A stretch of DNA of 64,000 bases from Naegleria gruberi (taxonomy: Eukaryota). The translations under genes and the position numbers were made by a program. Below, piece after piece: positions 1-11,595 of this stretch (the first letter of the stretch is position 1; each line of letters begins with the position of its first letter). Below the pieces are notes generated by a model. That model was not told where the DNA came from. It searched no databases and saw nothing but the letters and a program-made list of their open reading frames with translations. Where the stretch lies: assembly GCA_000004985.1 (NCBI GenBank), contig GG738850.1. One strand, written 5' to 3'.

Positions 1-456
1 GATTATAACGTGCAAAAGGTTGCTAATGTTAGATCATTCCATCAATATACTTACGAATTTGATTCTGAAGGTGAAATGGATCTGCTTTGCAAGATATCTT
101 ATGAAGATGAGCATATAGAAGTCAAATCAGCAATATTGTTATCAAATTGTGGTGTGCAACTACAAGCAAATCATTGTCTATTCTGTAGAGAGGAGGGGCA
201 TAATCACAGAGTGTGTGATTTGATGGCAGAAGAATATTTAAAAGAAGATTTTGATCCTTCTTATTACGATTTCCTCTCGCGAGAGAATGATTATCTTCCA
301 GATAGAGAGGAGGACGAAGATGAAGAGGAATATTCATCCAGTGATGATGGTGAAGATGATACAGACAACGTTAGTGAAATTAGTATTGAAGTTGAACCTA
401 CCAGAGAAAAAAGAAACAACCGTGGCAACAGATGTGCCTCATTTTCTATTAAATAA
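1..456 (+). CDS. 3' part of a gene (5' end outside window) encoding a protein with one CCHC zinc knuckle (C-x2-C-x4-H-x4-C: CLFCREEGHNHRVC) and a strongly acidic D/E/S-rich C-terminus
   Basis: ORF open from base 1; tracked start at 10 is GTG, so the reading frame continues upstream; zinc-knuckle spacing read directly; stop at 456. Confidence 0.45.
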   Translation, partial: DYNVQKVANVRSFHQYTYEFDSEGEMDLLCKISYEDEHIEVKSAILLSNCGVQLQANHCLFCREEGHNHRVCDLMAEEYLKEDFDPSYYDFLSRENDYLPDREEDEDEEEYSSSDDGEDDTDNVSEISIEVEPTREKRNNRGNRCASFSIK

Positions 457-602
457 ACAATAAAACAGGATTGTTTATTTTTACTTTCTCGAAGTAATAT
501 GATTTTGATTCATTTAATCTTACATTTAGCACTATGATTTATAGTGTTAATGCTGATGCAGAACCTGTTCAAAATTGTAATTTAAATAATTTGAATGTGA
601 AG

Positions 603-686
603 TAGGGGTTCCCGAGTGGTCAAAGGGGGTAGACTCAAGTTCTACTGCGCAAGCTTCGTGGGTTCAAATCCCACCTTCTGCAAATT
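603..686 (+). tRNA. tRNA-Leu(CAA)-like element; anticodon loop ctCAAgt, long variable arm and T-loop GGTTCAAATCC present, but the 5' acceptor strand gtagggg does not pair with the 3' strand cttctgc
   Basis: Hand-folded: D-stem ccc/ggg, anticodon stem gtaga/tctac, T-stem gtggg/cccac; acceptor stem mismatched, so possibly a pseudogene or a misread on my part. Confidence 0.4.
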
Positions 687-1275
687 TTGTTTTTGTTTTT
701 TCTGATTGTCCAGTTTTAAATATTTTAATATTTTCTATTACCCATTGAAGTCTACTACAAGATAAAATTTGAATGGTAGTGTGATAATATATCTTCATGG
801 AGAAAATAGCCTCAGACTGATTTGTTCCAATTGTCCCTCATTTTTATCCAAAAATATTTAACAAAACAAGTAATCTTTGAATTACTCTCCAATCACTGAT
901 TTTCACAAAGTGATATTTCTACATTCTATCTACCATGCACCAATCTATCACCACACAAATTTTCTTTTTATCACCAACTTGCACAACAACATTATCCATT
1001 TTTCATTCACATCAAGTTTTAGGATAGGTGCTCAAAACGCACATTCCAAAACAACGCTCCTGCTTAGAACGTTAGAGGTTTTCTTCCTTTCCCACAGTTT
1101 TCTGAACGACCCAAGTTGAAGCGACAGAACAACGGAGCTGCCACCTTTCAAAAAAAAATAACAAACATGTCACTCTCTGTAACATCACCTAAAGGTTTGT
1201 GTTCTTCTTTTATTCAAATCCTCATCATTAAAAATACAAATCTCTCCCTTCAAAATAGTCATCATTATTTTATTA

Positions 1276-2446
1276 ATGATGATAATTAGCTGTTCATGTA
1301 ATTTGATTATTGACAGGAATCCGATAATCACTCCTGGAATGCCAAAAGTTTTGGCAGATAGATTACGATATCTAGAATCCATTAAAAAAGCCAAAGGTAT
1401 TAAAATTGCTAATGGATCAAAAGCAGCAACTAACGAATTTCCATTTATGGTATCTCTTCAGTATCAAGCAAGTAGTTCGAGCGTTCCTTATCATTTCTGT
1501 GGTGGATCAATTATTAATAAGCGATATATCATGACAGCAGGTAAGTTTTGATATGACTTTTGACATTTTTAACATTGTGAACTAGCTCACTGCATGTTCG
1601 ATGACACTAATGTAAAATTGACACCTTCTACCATTGTGGTTCTTGCAGGAGTCAACTATAACACCATTTCTACATCAAGTTTATCTGGAAATTACGCAAA
1701 AGGCAGCTCAATTACAGTTCATACAAGTTTCAGCTCGAAAACACTTGCAAATGACATTGCAATTATTTATTTAGATAGAGATTTGACAATTGATGGAACA
1801 ACTACACGTCTGGCTTACATTGAATCAGGTTCAGTTCCAATCCCAACTGCATCCTCAAAGATTCTCGTAGCTGGTTGGGGTTACACTGACTCAACTGAGG
1901 TTGCTTCTGAAAATTTGTTAAAAGTTAATATTCCAATTGTTTCTGATACGATCTGTAATTCATATCCATTGAGTTTGGATATGGCTAAACCAAGACAAAT
2001 ATGTGCTGGTGATGGTGCTGGTCACGATTCTTGTAAGTTGTTGATTTTTACAAAATTTAATTGTAAAATATTTTGAATTTATTACAATTATTGGAAATTG
2101 TTGGAAAATAGGTAGTGGTGATTCAGGAGGTCCATTGTTTAGAGTAGTCAATTCAAACACCAAGGACTTTGCAGTTGTTGGATTGGTAAGCTACGGACCT
2201 GATGGTTGTGGAACTGGATACGAAACTAACAGAGGTGTCTATACGAATACTACCTATTATTTGAATTCGTTTATTAGAAGTGTTGTTTCATCGGTTCAAA
2301 CTGATACCTACAATTCAAATTCAAGCTATGTCTATACCGGAACAAGTGGTGGTTCAACCAAATCTGATGCAAGTTTAGGATTTGATTTGAAGAGTTTCGT
2401 ATTTATTGTTGTAATGTGTTTGGGAATGATCTTTTATGCCTTGTAA
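1276..2446 (+). CDS. Trypsin/chymotrypsin-family (S1) serine protease, 3 exons (about 1276..1540, 1596..2042, 2112..2446); introns 1541..1595 and 2043..2111
   Basis: Catalytic triad contexts TAAHC (His, spans intron 1), DIAII (Asp), DSC|SGDSGGPL (Ser, spans intron 2); GTAAGT donors and TAG acceptors keep frame; true 5' end or signal-peptide exon not resolved. Confidence 0.85.
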
Positions 2447-2515
2447 TATAATATCAATACAAATTTTTAGAATTTTATTGATTCCTATTCCAATTTGAAA
2501 TCTTTATGGAAATAT

Positions 2516-3703
2516 TCAAAGTTCATCATGTGAATGCTTGTTGGAATAATCAGTTGATGGAGCATGAAAATGATTACCATTTTGGAATTGAGATAATTTA
2601 GTGGCACCTATGAGAATTGGATCGTCAATGGAGTGTAAAATATTCTTACCGAATTGATGTTCGATAATTGAAGAAATTGTTGGAAAGGAACATGTCGAAT
2701 TGAAAAGGATAATGTGATCTATTTGAGAGGGAGGATAGGATTCCATAATCTTGTGGAGATCTTGTTTGAAAATATCGAGTAATGGAGAGGAAACTTCAAT
2801 ATATTCTTCCAAGGTAATTTCCTTGAGTAATTTGCTATTCGAAAGGTCAGTTTCATGATCAAATATTTGGACTGGTTGTTTCTTAGCTAGTTTACATCTC
2901 AATTGCTTTGGATCTATTTTCAAATCAATTCCTCCAGGCCAATATCTTTCGAATAAGGAATCGAATTCATTCCATCCTATTCTTGGATCTGACTTTTCGA
3001 GTAATTTCTTTAATTTTTCATTAGAAAAATCCCAAACACCAACTTGCAACTCATAACTATTCCAATTCATTATCAAAATCTTTGAATTCTCCTCAGGAAT
3101 CAAATCATATCCTTTTATAGCTAAACTTTCCTCATCCACCAAATCAACTTGTAAATCCTTTGGCGCCAAATCCAATATTTTCCTTCTTTGTTGCTTGGAA
3201 AGTTGACTTGGAATAGAAATTATCATTCTCTCAACAGTTTCCTTCAGAAATTCTTCTGAACTTTCTTTCAACTTTTCGAATACTAAAATGGAAAATGCTT
3301 CAATCGGATCCAACAACTCAGTCGAACCATTATTAAACTTTAACTCCACAATTGGATTACCAGAATGATCTTGGATAATTTTACTTGGATAATCATCTAT
3401 AAAATCTGTTGGTAATTCATCAAATTTGTGCTCTAAAAGAAATCTGATTTGGTCAACTCTGTTTGAGTGTTGAAGATTTGCTTGTTCTCCAAACATAATT
3501 TCTCCATTTTCCATAATTGCAATAGAAGTATCCACTCTGTCATGTCCATTTGTGGTAATTCTGAAAAACATATCATGCTTGATGGTTGCAATGGAAATAA
3601 ATTCGTGAGTGAAATGAATTCCAACGCTCGCTTGATGAGAATGCAAAACAAGGGAAAGGATGAAAAATAGAAATATTAGCACCGCTGGTTGAATGGTTTT
3701 CAT
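2516..3703 (-). CDS. Signal-peptide-bearing, HDEL-terminated Hsp70-superfamily protein consisting only of a nucleotide-binding domain, with degenerate phosphate-binding motifs (STCH/HSPA13-like architecture)
   Basis: N-terminal hydrophobic signal MKTIQPAVLIFLFFILSLVLHS; VGIHFTHEFISIAT aligns to Hsp70 VGIDLGTTYSCVGV; IISIPSQLSKQQRRKILDLA aligns to VTVPAYFNDSQRQATKDAG; C-terminus ...HSHDEL. Confidence 0.6.
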   Translation of the reverse strand: MKTIQPAVLIFLFFILSLVLHSHQASVGIHFTHEFISIATIKHDMFFRITTNGHDRVDTSIAIMENGEIMFGEQANLQHSNRVDQIRFLLEHKFDELPTDFIDDYPSKIIQDHSGNPIVELKFNNGSTELLDPIEAFSILVFEKLKESSEEFLKETVERMIISIPSQLSKQQRRKILDLAPKDLQVDLVDEESLAIKGYDLIPEENSKILIMNWNSYELQVGVWDFSNEKLKKLLEKSDPRIGWNEFDSLFERYWPGGIDLKIDPKQLRCKLAKKQPVQIFDHETDLSNSKLLKEITLEEYIEVSSPLLDIFKQDLHKIMESYPPSQIDHIILFNSTCSFPTISSIIEHQFGKNILHSIDDPILIGATKLSQFQNGNHFHAPSTDYSNKHSHDEL

Positions 3704-3918
3704 TTTTTTTTTAAATATTATTTAGAATTTGTTGGAAGACTTTTTTGGAAACTTGCCAAAAATAGTGGATTATTTAAGTTTCGGTAGTTTCGTCCAAGAT
3801 TAAGGTTAGATGGAGAAAGTGAAGATATTTAAGCCAACAATTTAAGGCGAAACGTGATCAAGTCATAACTTTTTTTATTGACATCTCGTGTCAACTTGTT
3901 CATCACGTTTCTAAAAAA

Positions 3919-4891
3919 AATGGCAGAAAATACACTGGTTTTATGTGAAGAAGACTATTCTTTAACTAAACAACAATTTGCTGAAAATGAATTCGAAGAA
4001 ACAAATTTAAATTGTGAACAGAAACTAGACGAAAGTGATGATGATCAGTATATGGCTCATTCACCCAATACTAAACCAACAACAGAAACAAAATTGGAAG
4101 ATATCGCTGTAGGTGATGTTGAAAATTCCAACCATTTTCGTGTGAAAGCACGATCATTATCAATAACATCAATAGTTGCAGTGATAATAATCATGGGATT
4201 GGTATTTATTCGAATCGAGAATGAAAAAAACACTACTCATGTCAACAACTTGTTGGAAGAAGCCAGAAACGAAATTTCCAAATTAAAACACGATATGAAG
4301 ATGACACTGGAGGAAAAGAACAACCTTAAAGAACAATTTTACAAAGTGGCTCTCCAGGTTTTACATTTAGAACAGAAAGAACAAGAATCGTCCGTAAAGC
4401 TTTCGTCTATTCAAAAGCAAAACGAGAAAATCATTTCAACCTTGGAAGAACAACCCAAATCAGACTTGATAAATGGTTCAGATTTGAAGAGACAGCTTTC
4501 TGCGTTCCAAGAATCAATTATCAAATTCGAAAAGATAATCGAAGAAAAGAATGAGGAAATTCAAAACTTGAACTTTGAAATCTCTAAAAATTCAATTGCT
4601 ATTGAAAAATTGACTGATAGTAATATAGGTTTAAAGAAGGAAATTGTAAATCTGCCCCAACTCTCGCTGAAGAAGGAAGAATTAATTGAAGAAAATCAAG
4701 TCAAAGAAATGCATTATGAAAGCCTAAACGAACCGAATGCAGTTGATGATTTATCAAATAATGTTGAAGAAGAACATTTATTGTCACCACTACTGGTCAT
4801 ATTCTTTAGGGTTATTGAAATACTTGTTTTTACTTTTTTTGTCTTGATAGTTGGGTGCATATGTATTTTTGTTATGAGTATTAAAAAATAA
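3919..4891 (+). CDS. Coiled-coil protein with C-terminal transmembrane segment (tail-anchored-like); one earlier hydrophobic stretch
   Basis: ATG at 3919 (tracked ORF begins upstream at a non-ATG codon); heptad-like E/K/L-rich middle; C-terminal VIFFRVIEILVFTFFVLIVGCICIFVM. Confidence 0.5.
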
Positions 4892-4909
4892 GGCTTTATT
4901 TGAGGGAAG

Positions 4910-7900
4910 TTACAACTTTCTAATACCTAATGGATCTGGATCTGGATTTACCAAACTTCCGCACGATGAAACACCACCAAAGTATTTACATTGAGAAACA
5001 GTCATGGTTCTTACTCTGGTTTCAGCTGTTGCTGGTGCTCCAACAAATCTCATATTATCCATCAAGAATTCAATGAAATTAGTTTGATCTGGCAAGTACA
5101 AGATAATTCTGTGAATGTTTTGAATTGGTGCAAAACCAAGTTCAGAAAGTGGAATTCTCACACGAGTCACTGTATTTCCATCAATCTTTAAATATTGAGT
5201 GTGATTAGCTTGTGTAGTGATCTTGGAAAAGTCAACAACCTTTGTAACATTCAAATAACCAAATACAATTGTCAAACTTGGAACACTTCCAGTATTATTG
5301 ACAGTCTTGATAAAGAATTCAAAATATTGATAAATACTGGTATCTACATAAATCTTATTGGAACCAATCTTGTTGAATGAAATATTTCCCTTTCTGAAAC
5401 CAAAATGCATTGATGAGTTTCCACAAATAGCTGGTGCATAACTAGCATTAACAAATGTATTTCTAATATCAGCTGGAACATAGGCATACATGGACCATTC
5501 ATTGGTCAATTTTGGACCTTCACTATAAATTGAAATAACATGGGAAGAATTCTTCAAATTTAAAGCATCACACGGTTTAACATTTGAAACCAAAGGTGGT
5601 AAATTACAACTTGTTGATGTAGCATTGTTAATATAGAGTTGAGCTCTCAAATGTCCATTTGGATTTTGAGTAGTTGATAATTTCACAAACATTTTACCTT
5701 GGAGTAAATAATTCCATTCATCATATGATAAGGCATATCCAAATCTGCTTTGAGTATATGGAATAATCTTTGAGGTTGGTGTGGCAATATAATCTTCCTT
5801 TCCTGCAAGTCCAAATCCAATATCAATTGATGTGACAATAGCATTCAAATTGTGTTGAACAGTAAAATCAAGAGAAGCTGTTTTGGAATTCAAGAATGCA
5901 AAAACGTAACCACCTCCACTTGTTGAATTGGCAGCCAATGATTTCACACTTGCTTGTTGGCATGTTTCCAATCTTCCAACAAATCTATCTTCTCTCATTA
6001 ATGTCTTATATGTTGTTCCTGCATTGCTTGGATTGGAGAATTTTGATGGTGCACAAATACCTCTTGGACATGTGGCATTCAAATAAACAACACCATATGA
6101 GTAGTAATCAACAAAGCTATCAACAACTCTGTATGATGTTCTAGAAGCTTGATTTTGGATCTTCAAGTACAAATGTTCAGTAGCATCATCATAATAGTAG
6201 TAATTCTTAGGTTCACTCAACATGGTTGTAAAGTTTGCAGTTCTGGTCATGTTAATTGTTGTTGGATTCATGAAGAATCTAATGTTGAAAATTGTTCCTT
6301 TTGGATATTGAACAGCAACAACAATCCAATCATTTGCAGCGCTTGCATCAAGGAAGAAACTCAAATCTTTTGGTGTTGGAATGTCGTATGGCCAACGAAG
6401 CCCATAGAAACCTCTTGCTACCAAATTACTTTGCATATAAAAGTCACCACTGGAGCTTAATGCACCAATAACATTGGATTGGCGATTTCTCAATAAATCA
6501 ACAAGAATCATTCTTGGAACTCTCTTTCCTGAATTGATAATATCAGGTCTACTAATACCATCACTTCCAGTTGTGTTAACACTTGTTAAATTCCAATTCA
6601 AAACACGGAATTGAGCAAAAGATTCACCAAAGAATGGACATTGATAGGCATTCCATTCAGTTCTTGCTTGACATTGTGTGAATGTCATGGTTGTGTCATT
6701 ACCAGTAATCCAACCACCAATTGATGAAATACTTGTGATTGAGCCGTCTACATCCATCAAAGCAGTGGCCTTGTGATTCTCATAATAAGTTGGATGATTC
6801 CAAGGGAAAACCATATATCTGTTTGCATTAACAAACTTTAAATTGGCATATCTATTTCTGGATTGATGTTTAAAGTAATTATTCAATGAAGATAAGGAAC
6901 CTGCATATTTGAATGAATCAGTAACAAAGTTAATAAAAGTGATATTTCTCAAATATTGTGGACCACCATTATCATAAGTTTCATAACCCTTAATCAAATC
7001 CAAATTGGAACTAATATATTGACCTGGTCTTGTTCTATTTCCAAGATCAATCTTTGGTCTGTATGAAAATTCACCAACATTTTCAGATTCACCAATAAAA
7101 GTACTATCATGAATGATACTTGGTCCTGGTGGAGAATTCATGGCAATTCTATTATCAGTTAAGAATAAATTTTTGAAACGAAGTAAACCACCACGTGCCC
7201 AAACACCATATCCTCTATTCTTATAAGCAATAAATCCATTGTAAAGTGCTTCAACAACACCTGAAGGATAATAACCAGCAAGTTCTGTACTTCCATCAGC
7301 TTTTTCCATATCATCAATGTGAAGAGCATTTCCTGATGAACTGTGACCAACATTGTTTTCAAATGGTTTTGGAGGAGCAGTTCTTGGATTAATAGAGCCA
7401 GCTGCGTATCTGTTTGCACTCAATCCAGTTGGGAATGTTGGCATTGTAAACCAAAATGGGAAACGACCACCAACTGCATGATTTCCAATGAATGTATTAT
7501 TTGGATTAGTAATCCAAAAAACTGAAACATCAGAATCAGATAAAATGATTTGACGAGGATTTTCTCTTGAGATTGGAATTGGATCAACTCCCAAATTATT
7601 GTTAAATTCATTTCCTACTTCAGATCCATCTTCCAAGAAGTACATATGACCAAAAGCACGATAACAAACATTATTCTTCAATAAAATATAATTAGTATCG
7701 TGAACAACATAACATCTTTGGAAACTGTGATGAACTGTATTATCCTTAACTGTGAAATTCAATCCAAATGGTTTGTTTTGTAACAAGTGGAAATGGAAAC
7801 TATTAATGAATAATAAGTAATAGTTAAATAAATCATTAAAAACAATATTAAATACAAGTTAAATAAAAATGATTACCAACACCAAACATACCTATATCTT

Positions 7901-8895
7901 CCCATTAAACCTTGTTGACCAAATCTTGTAATTTCAACACCTTCCATATTAAATTTATCAACCAAACGAATAATAAAGTGACCACCAAAAAGTGAACTTT
8001 CAGATGAATCATCACCTCTGAAAACAATTCTTCTTGTTAATAAACCAACTTCTGCACGAATCTTTCCATCAACACTTGCAAAGTGAGTATAATTCAATGC
8101 TCTATCTAAAATAATGGTCTTGTTTCCATTCAATAATTGAATAATCTTTCTCTCTTCATTTTGATTTGGAAATCGTTCACCACGAATCCAACCCAATGAA
8201 GCATTCTTTTCAACTCTGTAATCATATAATTCACCATAATCTGTTGAAGCAATAACAATTGAATCACCAACTCTCCATTGAACAGCTTCTTTCAATTCAA
8301 GTTGTGAACTTCCTTTGGTGGAATTCTTGATAATTTCACTCCAACTTGGACCATCAACTTTACCATAAATTTGAACAATAGATCCACTCAAAAAAGCAAC
8401 ACCTTTAGAACCCAATTTACTTCCATCGAATGGATCACTACCAATGTCATTGATAGAACTATTGACACGATCACCATACAATGTCAAGATAACTTTTGAA
8501 GTGATTGGACAATTTGAACTACCCATAATAAAACTACCATTTGATTCAACTCTAATGAAATTCAAATTCAAATTGAGATCAATATTATCAAAAATTAAAG
8601 AACCACCTGATTTAACAGTGATTGAACGTAATTTGTTTGGAGGAGAAATATTTAACTTGACAGCTTTTGTAATAACAATATCATAATTGGCAACATTCCA
8701 ACCAGTTAATGTGTTAAAATTGACCAAACCAACTTGTTGATGAGGACATTGACCTTCCACAATAATACTTTCAATCAATACACACAATAAAATTGTGCTA
8801 ATTAATGAAAGAATTACTCTTGTACTACAATGTTTGTTGTAATACATATTGTTTGTTTTTTTCAAAGTGAGAAATAAAGTGTCTCTTCCATTCAC
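4910..8895 (-). CDS. G8-domain protein of the CEMIP/TMEM2 (KIAA1199) family, 2 exons: complement(join(4910..7800,7892..8895)), intron 7801..7891
   Basis: Exon 1 has signal/anchor (ILSLISTILLCVLIES) then G8 domain (GWNVANYDIVITKAVKL...GGSLIFD...SNGSFIMGSSNCP...LTLYG); family motif GQQGLMGRY|SFHFH straddles a GTATGT...AATAG intron; downstream right-handed beta-helix-like Gly/Asn-rich repeats. Confidence 0.75.
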
Positions 8896-9831
8896 TCAAT
8901 TTATGCACCTAACCATCTTGGTTGTGTATTATTCCTCAAATCACAACAGAACGTGTTGTTTGTGGTCCCTTCACCAAATACATGAAATTTGAAGATACTG
9001 AAAGGTGAACCATATTGTATAATTGAAGACGAATCATCAAACTAAACGATTGGATAATGGATGTGCACTTGCTTTACAACAACACATCTTTCATTTTAGG
9101 TGTACCCAAGCCCTAATAAAGTGAGCTGTCCATTCCAATTGTAAGCTGCAATAATTGTAAATAAAACTAAAGACGGAAAGTCAAGTGTTAAAATCAAGTC
9201 AACCAGCTTCATGAATATTGGAATAATAATGACGACAGCCCATTCTAAAGACCAGCATAATACGAATCATGATTACTTCCTATTGAGTCATTGTATTAAC
9301 CGTGTTCATAGCATATTCATTGGAAATCTTCTCATCTACAGTTGTTTGTCATCTTCATCACAAATGATTACAGTAATTAACCTATTCAGCATGGATATAC
9401 TGTTTTTCCTCATATATTTTCTCATCACATAATTAATTAATATTTTCACCAATTAATTTCCATCCAATCAATTTACTAATCGTCGAGTAACAAGGCAAAC
9501 TTTGATTTTCGCTGTTATCCCTTCTCATGATTAGTCACTCCGAAGAATCTTCCTCCTTCTTCTTTATTATTTAGTAAAAAATATCAACAAGCTCCTTTCC
9601 TCCTTTCTCTCCCAATAATTGACCAAGATTATCTTCTTCAAACAAGATATCATTCAATAATTATCATCAAGAGAAAGAATCATTCACCATAAAACAATTA
9701 TTTACGATAAAATATTTTGGCGCATTTTTTAATTTGGACTTCAATTATAGCAAACTCGATTCTCTTTATTTTTCATCATCCACACAATTAGTAAGCAATA
9801 TAATTTTCATAACCCAAAAGAAAAAAAACAA

Positions 9832-11274
9832 ATGACATTATCTTCAGCAGCAGAAACATCAGCAACATTAGAAATTTCTGGTAATTTGATTAAAAATTCA
9901 TCGGAATATGTGAGGGAAATGATAAATAATTTCGGAAGCACCAACAAGACAACACAACTATGTTCTATTGGTGGTGGATTATTGGGAAGTTTATTCATGT
10001 TAAGGTGGATTGTTGGAGTTTCTAAAAAGTCAAAGGAAAAGAAGAAGGAAATTGAAAGGATTTTCAAGGAAATTCAACAAGATTGTAGACAACAAGTCAA
10101 TGAATTGGTCAAGAAGGAAAATGTCTTGTCAAAGAAACAGAAAATTGGTGTCTTGATTGTTAATTTGGGAACTCCTTCACAAGCCACTCATCATTATGTT
10201 TACAGATATTTGTCTCAATTTTTAATGGATGGTCGTGTGATTGATGTGAGCTACTTGTTGAGATTTTTATTGGTGAGAGGAATTATTGTTCCATTCAGAT
10301 ATAAGAGATCGACTCGATTCTATCAAGAAATTTGGAAGAATAAGGATTATTCAAATTCAGAATGTTCTCCACTCAAATATAATACCACTAGTTTGGTTTC
10401 TAAAGTGAGTGAAAATTTGAAAGGATTGAATGATGACAATTGTGAATTCCAAGTGGAAATGGCCATGAGATATCAAGAACCTTCAATTGAAAGTGGTTTG
10501 AAAAAGCTTGAAGGTTGTGCACATATTGTAGTGGTGCCACTCTTCCCACAATATGCAAGTGCAACCACTGGATCTACTCATGAAGAATGCATGCGTGTTG
10601 TAATGAAATGGTTGACTATTCCAAGTTTACATTTTAATAGTACATTCAATTTGATGGACATGTTTATCAAATCCAATGTGAAGAGAATTCAAGAAGCTCT
10701 TCAAAGAACCAAGACTGAAAGAGAAAATCAACCATTCGATCACCTCCTTCTCACTTATCACAGTCTTCCAGTTCGTCATGTCACTCAAGAATTCCAAGAA
10801 AAGAAGAGTTTACAATATTCCTACTATCAACAATCCTTTGAGACTAGTGTTGCAATTTTGAAAGAATTATTCAACTGCACAGCAGAAGAATTAATCCAAG
10901 ATGAAACCAATGTTGGATGGTTTACTTACAAGAGAAGTCAATCTGATTCAAGTGATGACTATTCCTCCAATTTCACACCAACTCTCCAAATTTCCACATG
11001 TTTCCAAAGCAGATTAGGTAAGGAACCTTGGCTTGAACCTTACACCTCAAAAACTCTTGGACTCTTGGCAAAACAATCAAGTCGTGTCCTCATTGCTTGT
11101 CCATCATTCACTTCTGATTGCATTGAAACAGATCACGAATTGGAAATTGAGGAAAAGGAAGAATTCTACTTGAAGGGAGGTAAATACATGGCTGTTGCTC
11201 GATGTGTCAACGATGATGACCTATTTGCCAATGGATTGACTGATTTAATTGCTAAATATAAACAAGTTTTGTAA
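9832..11274 (+). CDS. hemH: Ferrochelatase (protoheme ferro-lyase) with N-terminal extension (probable organellar targeting/anchor)
   Basis: LIVNLGTP (cf. LNMGGP), VVVPLFPQYASATTGS (cf. YPQYSCSTTGS), LLTYHSLP (catalytic His context), C-terminal Cys cluster ACPSFTSDC. Confidence 0.85.
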   Translation: MTLSSAAETSATLEISGNLIKNSSEYVREMINNFGSTNKTTQLCSIGGGLLGSLFMLRWIVGVSKKSKEKKKEIERIFKEIQQDCRQQVNELVKKENVLSKKQKIGVLIVNLGTPSQATHHYVYRYLSQFLMDGRVIDVSYLLRFLLVRGIIVPFRYKRSTRFYQEIWKNKDYSNSECSPLKYNTTSLVSKVSENLKGLNDDNCEFQVEMAMRYQEPSIESGLKKLEGCAHIVVVPLFPQYASATTGSTHEECMRVVMKWLTIPSLHFNSTFNLMDMFIKSNVKRIQEALQRTKTERENQPFDHLLLTYHSLPVRHVTQEFQEKKSLQYSYYQQSFETSVAILKELFNCTAEELIQDETNVGWFTYKRSQSDSSDDYSSNFTPTLQISTCFQSRLGKEPWLEPYTSKTLGLLAKQSSRVLIACPSFTSDCIETDHELEIEEKEEFYLKGGKYMAVARCVNDDDLFANGLTDLIAKYKQVL

Positions 11275-11595
11275 GCTTTATAACTCATTCGAACATTTTT
11301 TACAAAAAGTGAAGGTAACCAGTCCACAATAATCAGTTTCATTTCAAATTCAACTTTGAATCAAATAATTTAGCTTTCATTTTCAAATTTAAAGCAATGA
11401 AAATTTTTCAAATTCAGAAATGAAAAAAATCAACAAACAACAACTAGCTAACGCTTCTCATCATACGAGAGCGAATTACAATAATTTTAAATAATATTAT
11501 TGGTTATTATCAACTAATAGTGTATAATAGTGTACAACAGATACGTTTAAATTTGTTAATTATTATTAATTTCGAAAAAGCTGTAATTTAACAAG

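Noticed and set aside
1-456. CCHC-knuckle protein next to a tRNA-like element as a possible retrotransposon Gag remnant
   Set aside because: There is only a single zinc knuckle. No RT, protease or integrase, LTRs or target-site duplications are visible, so the evidence is insufficient.
9211-9432. 73-aa ORF in the 900-bp region upstream of ferrochelatase
   Set aside because: Low-complexity, AT-rich, with no domain. More likely promoter or 5'UTR space than a gene.
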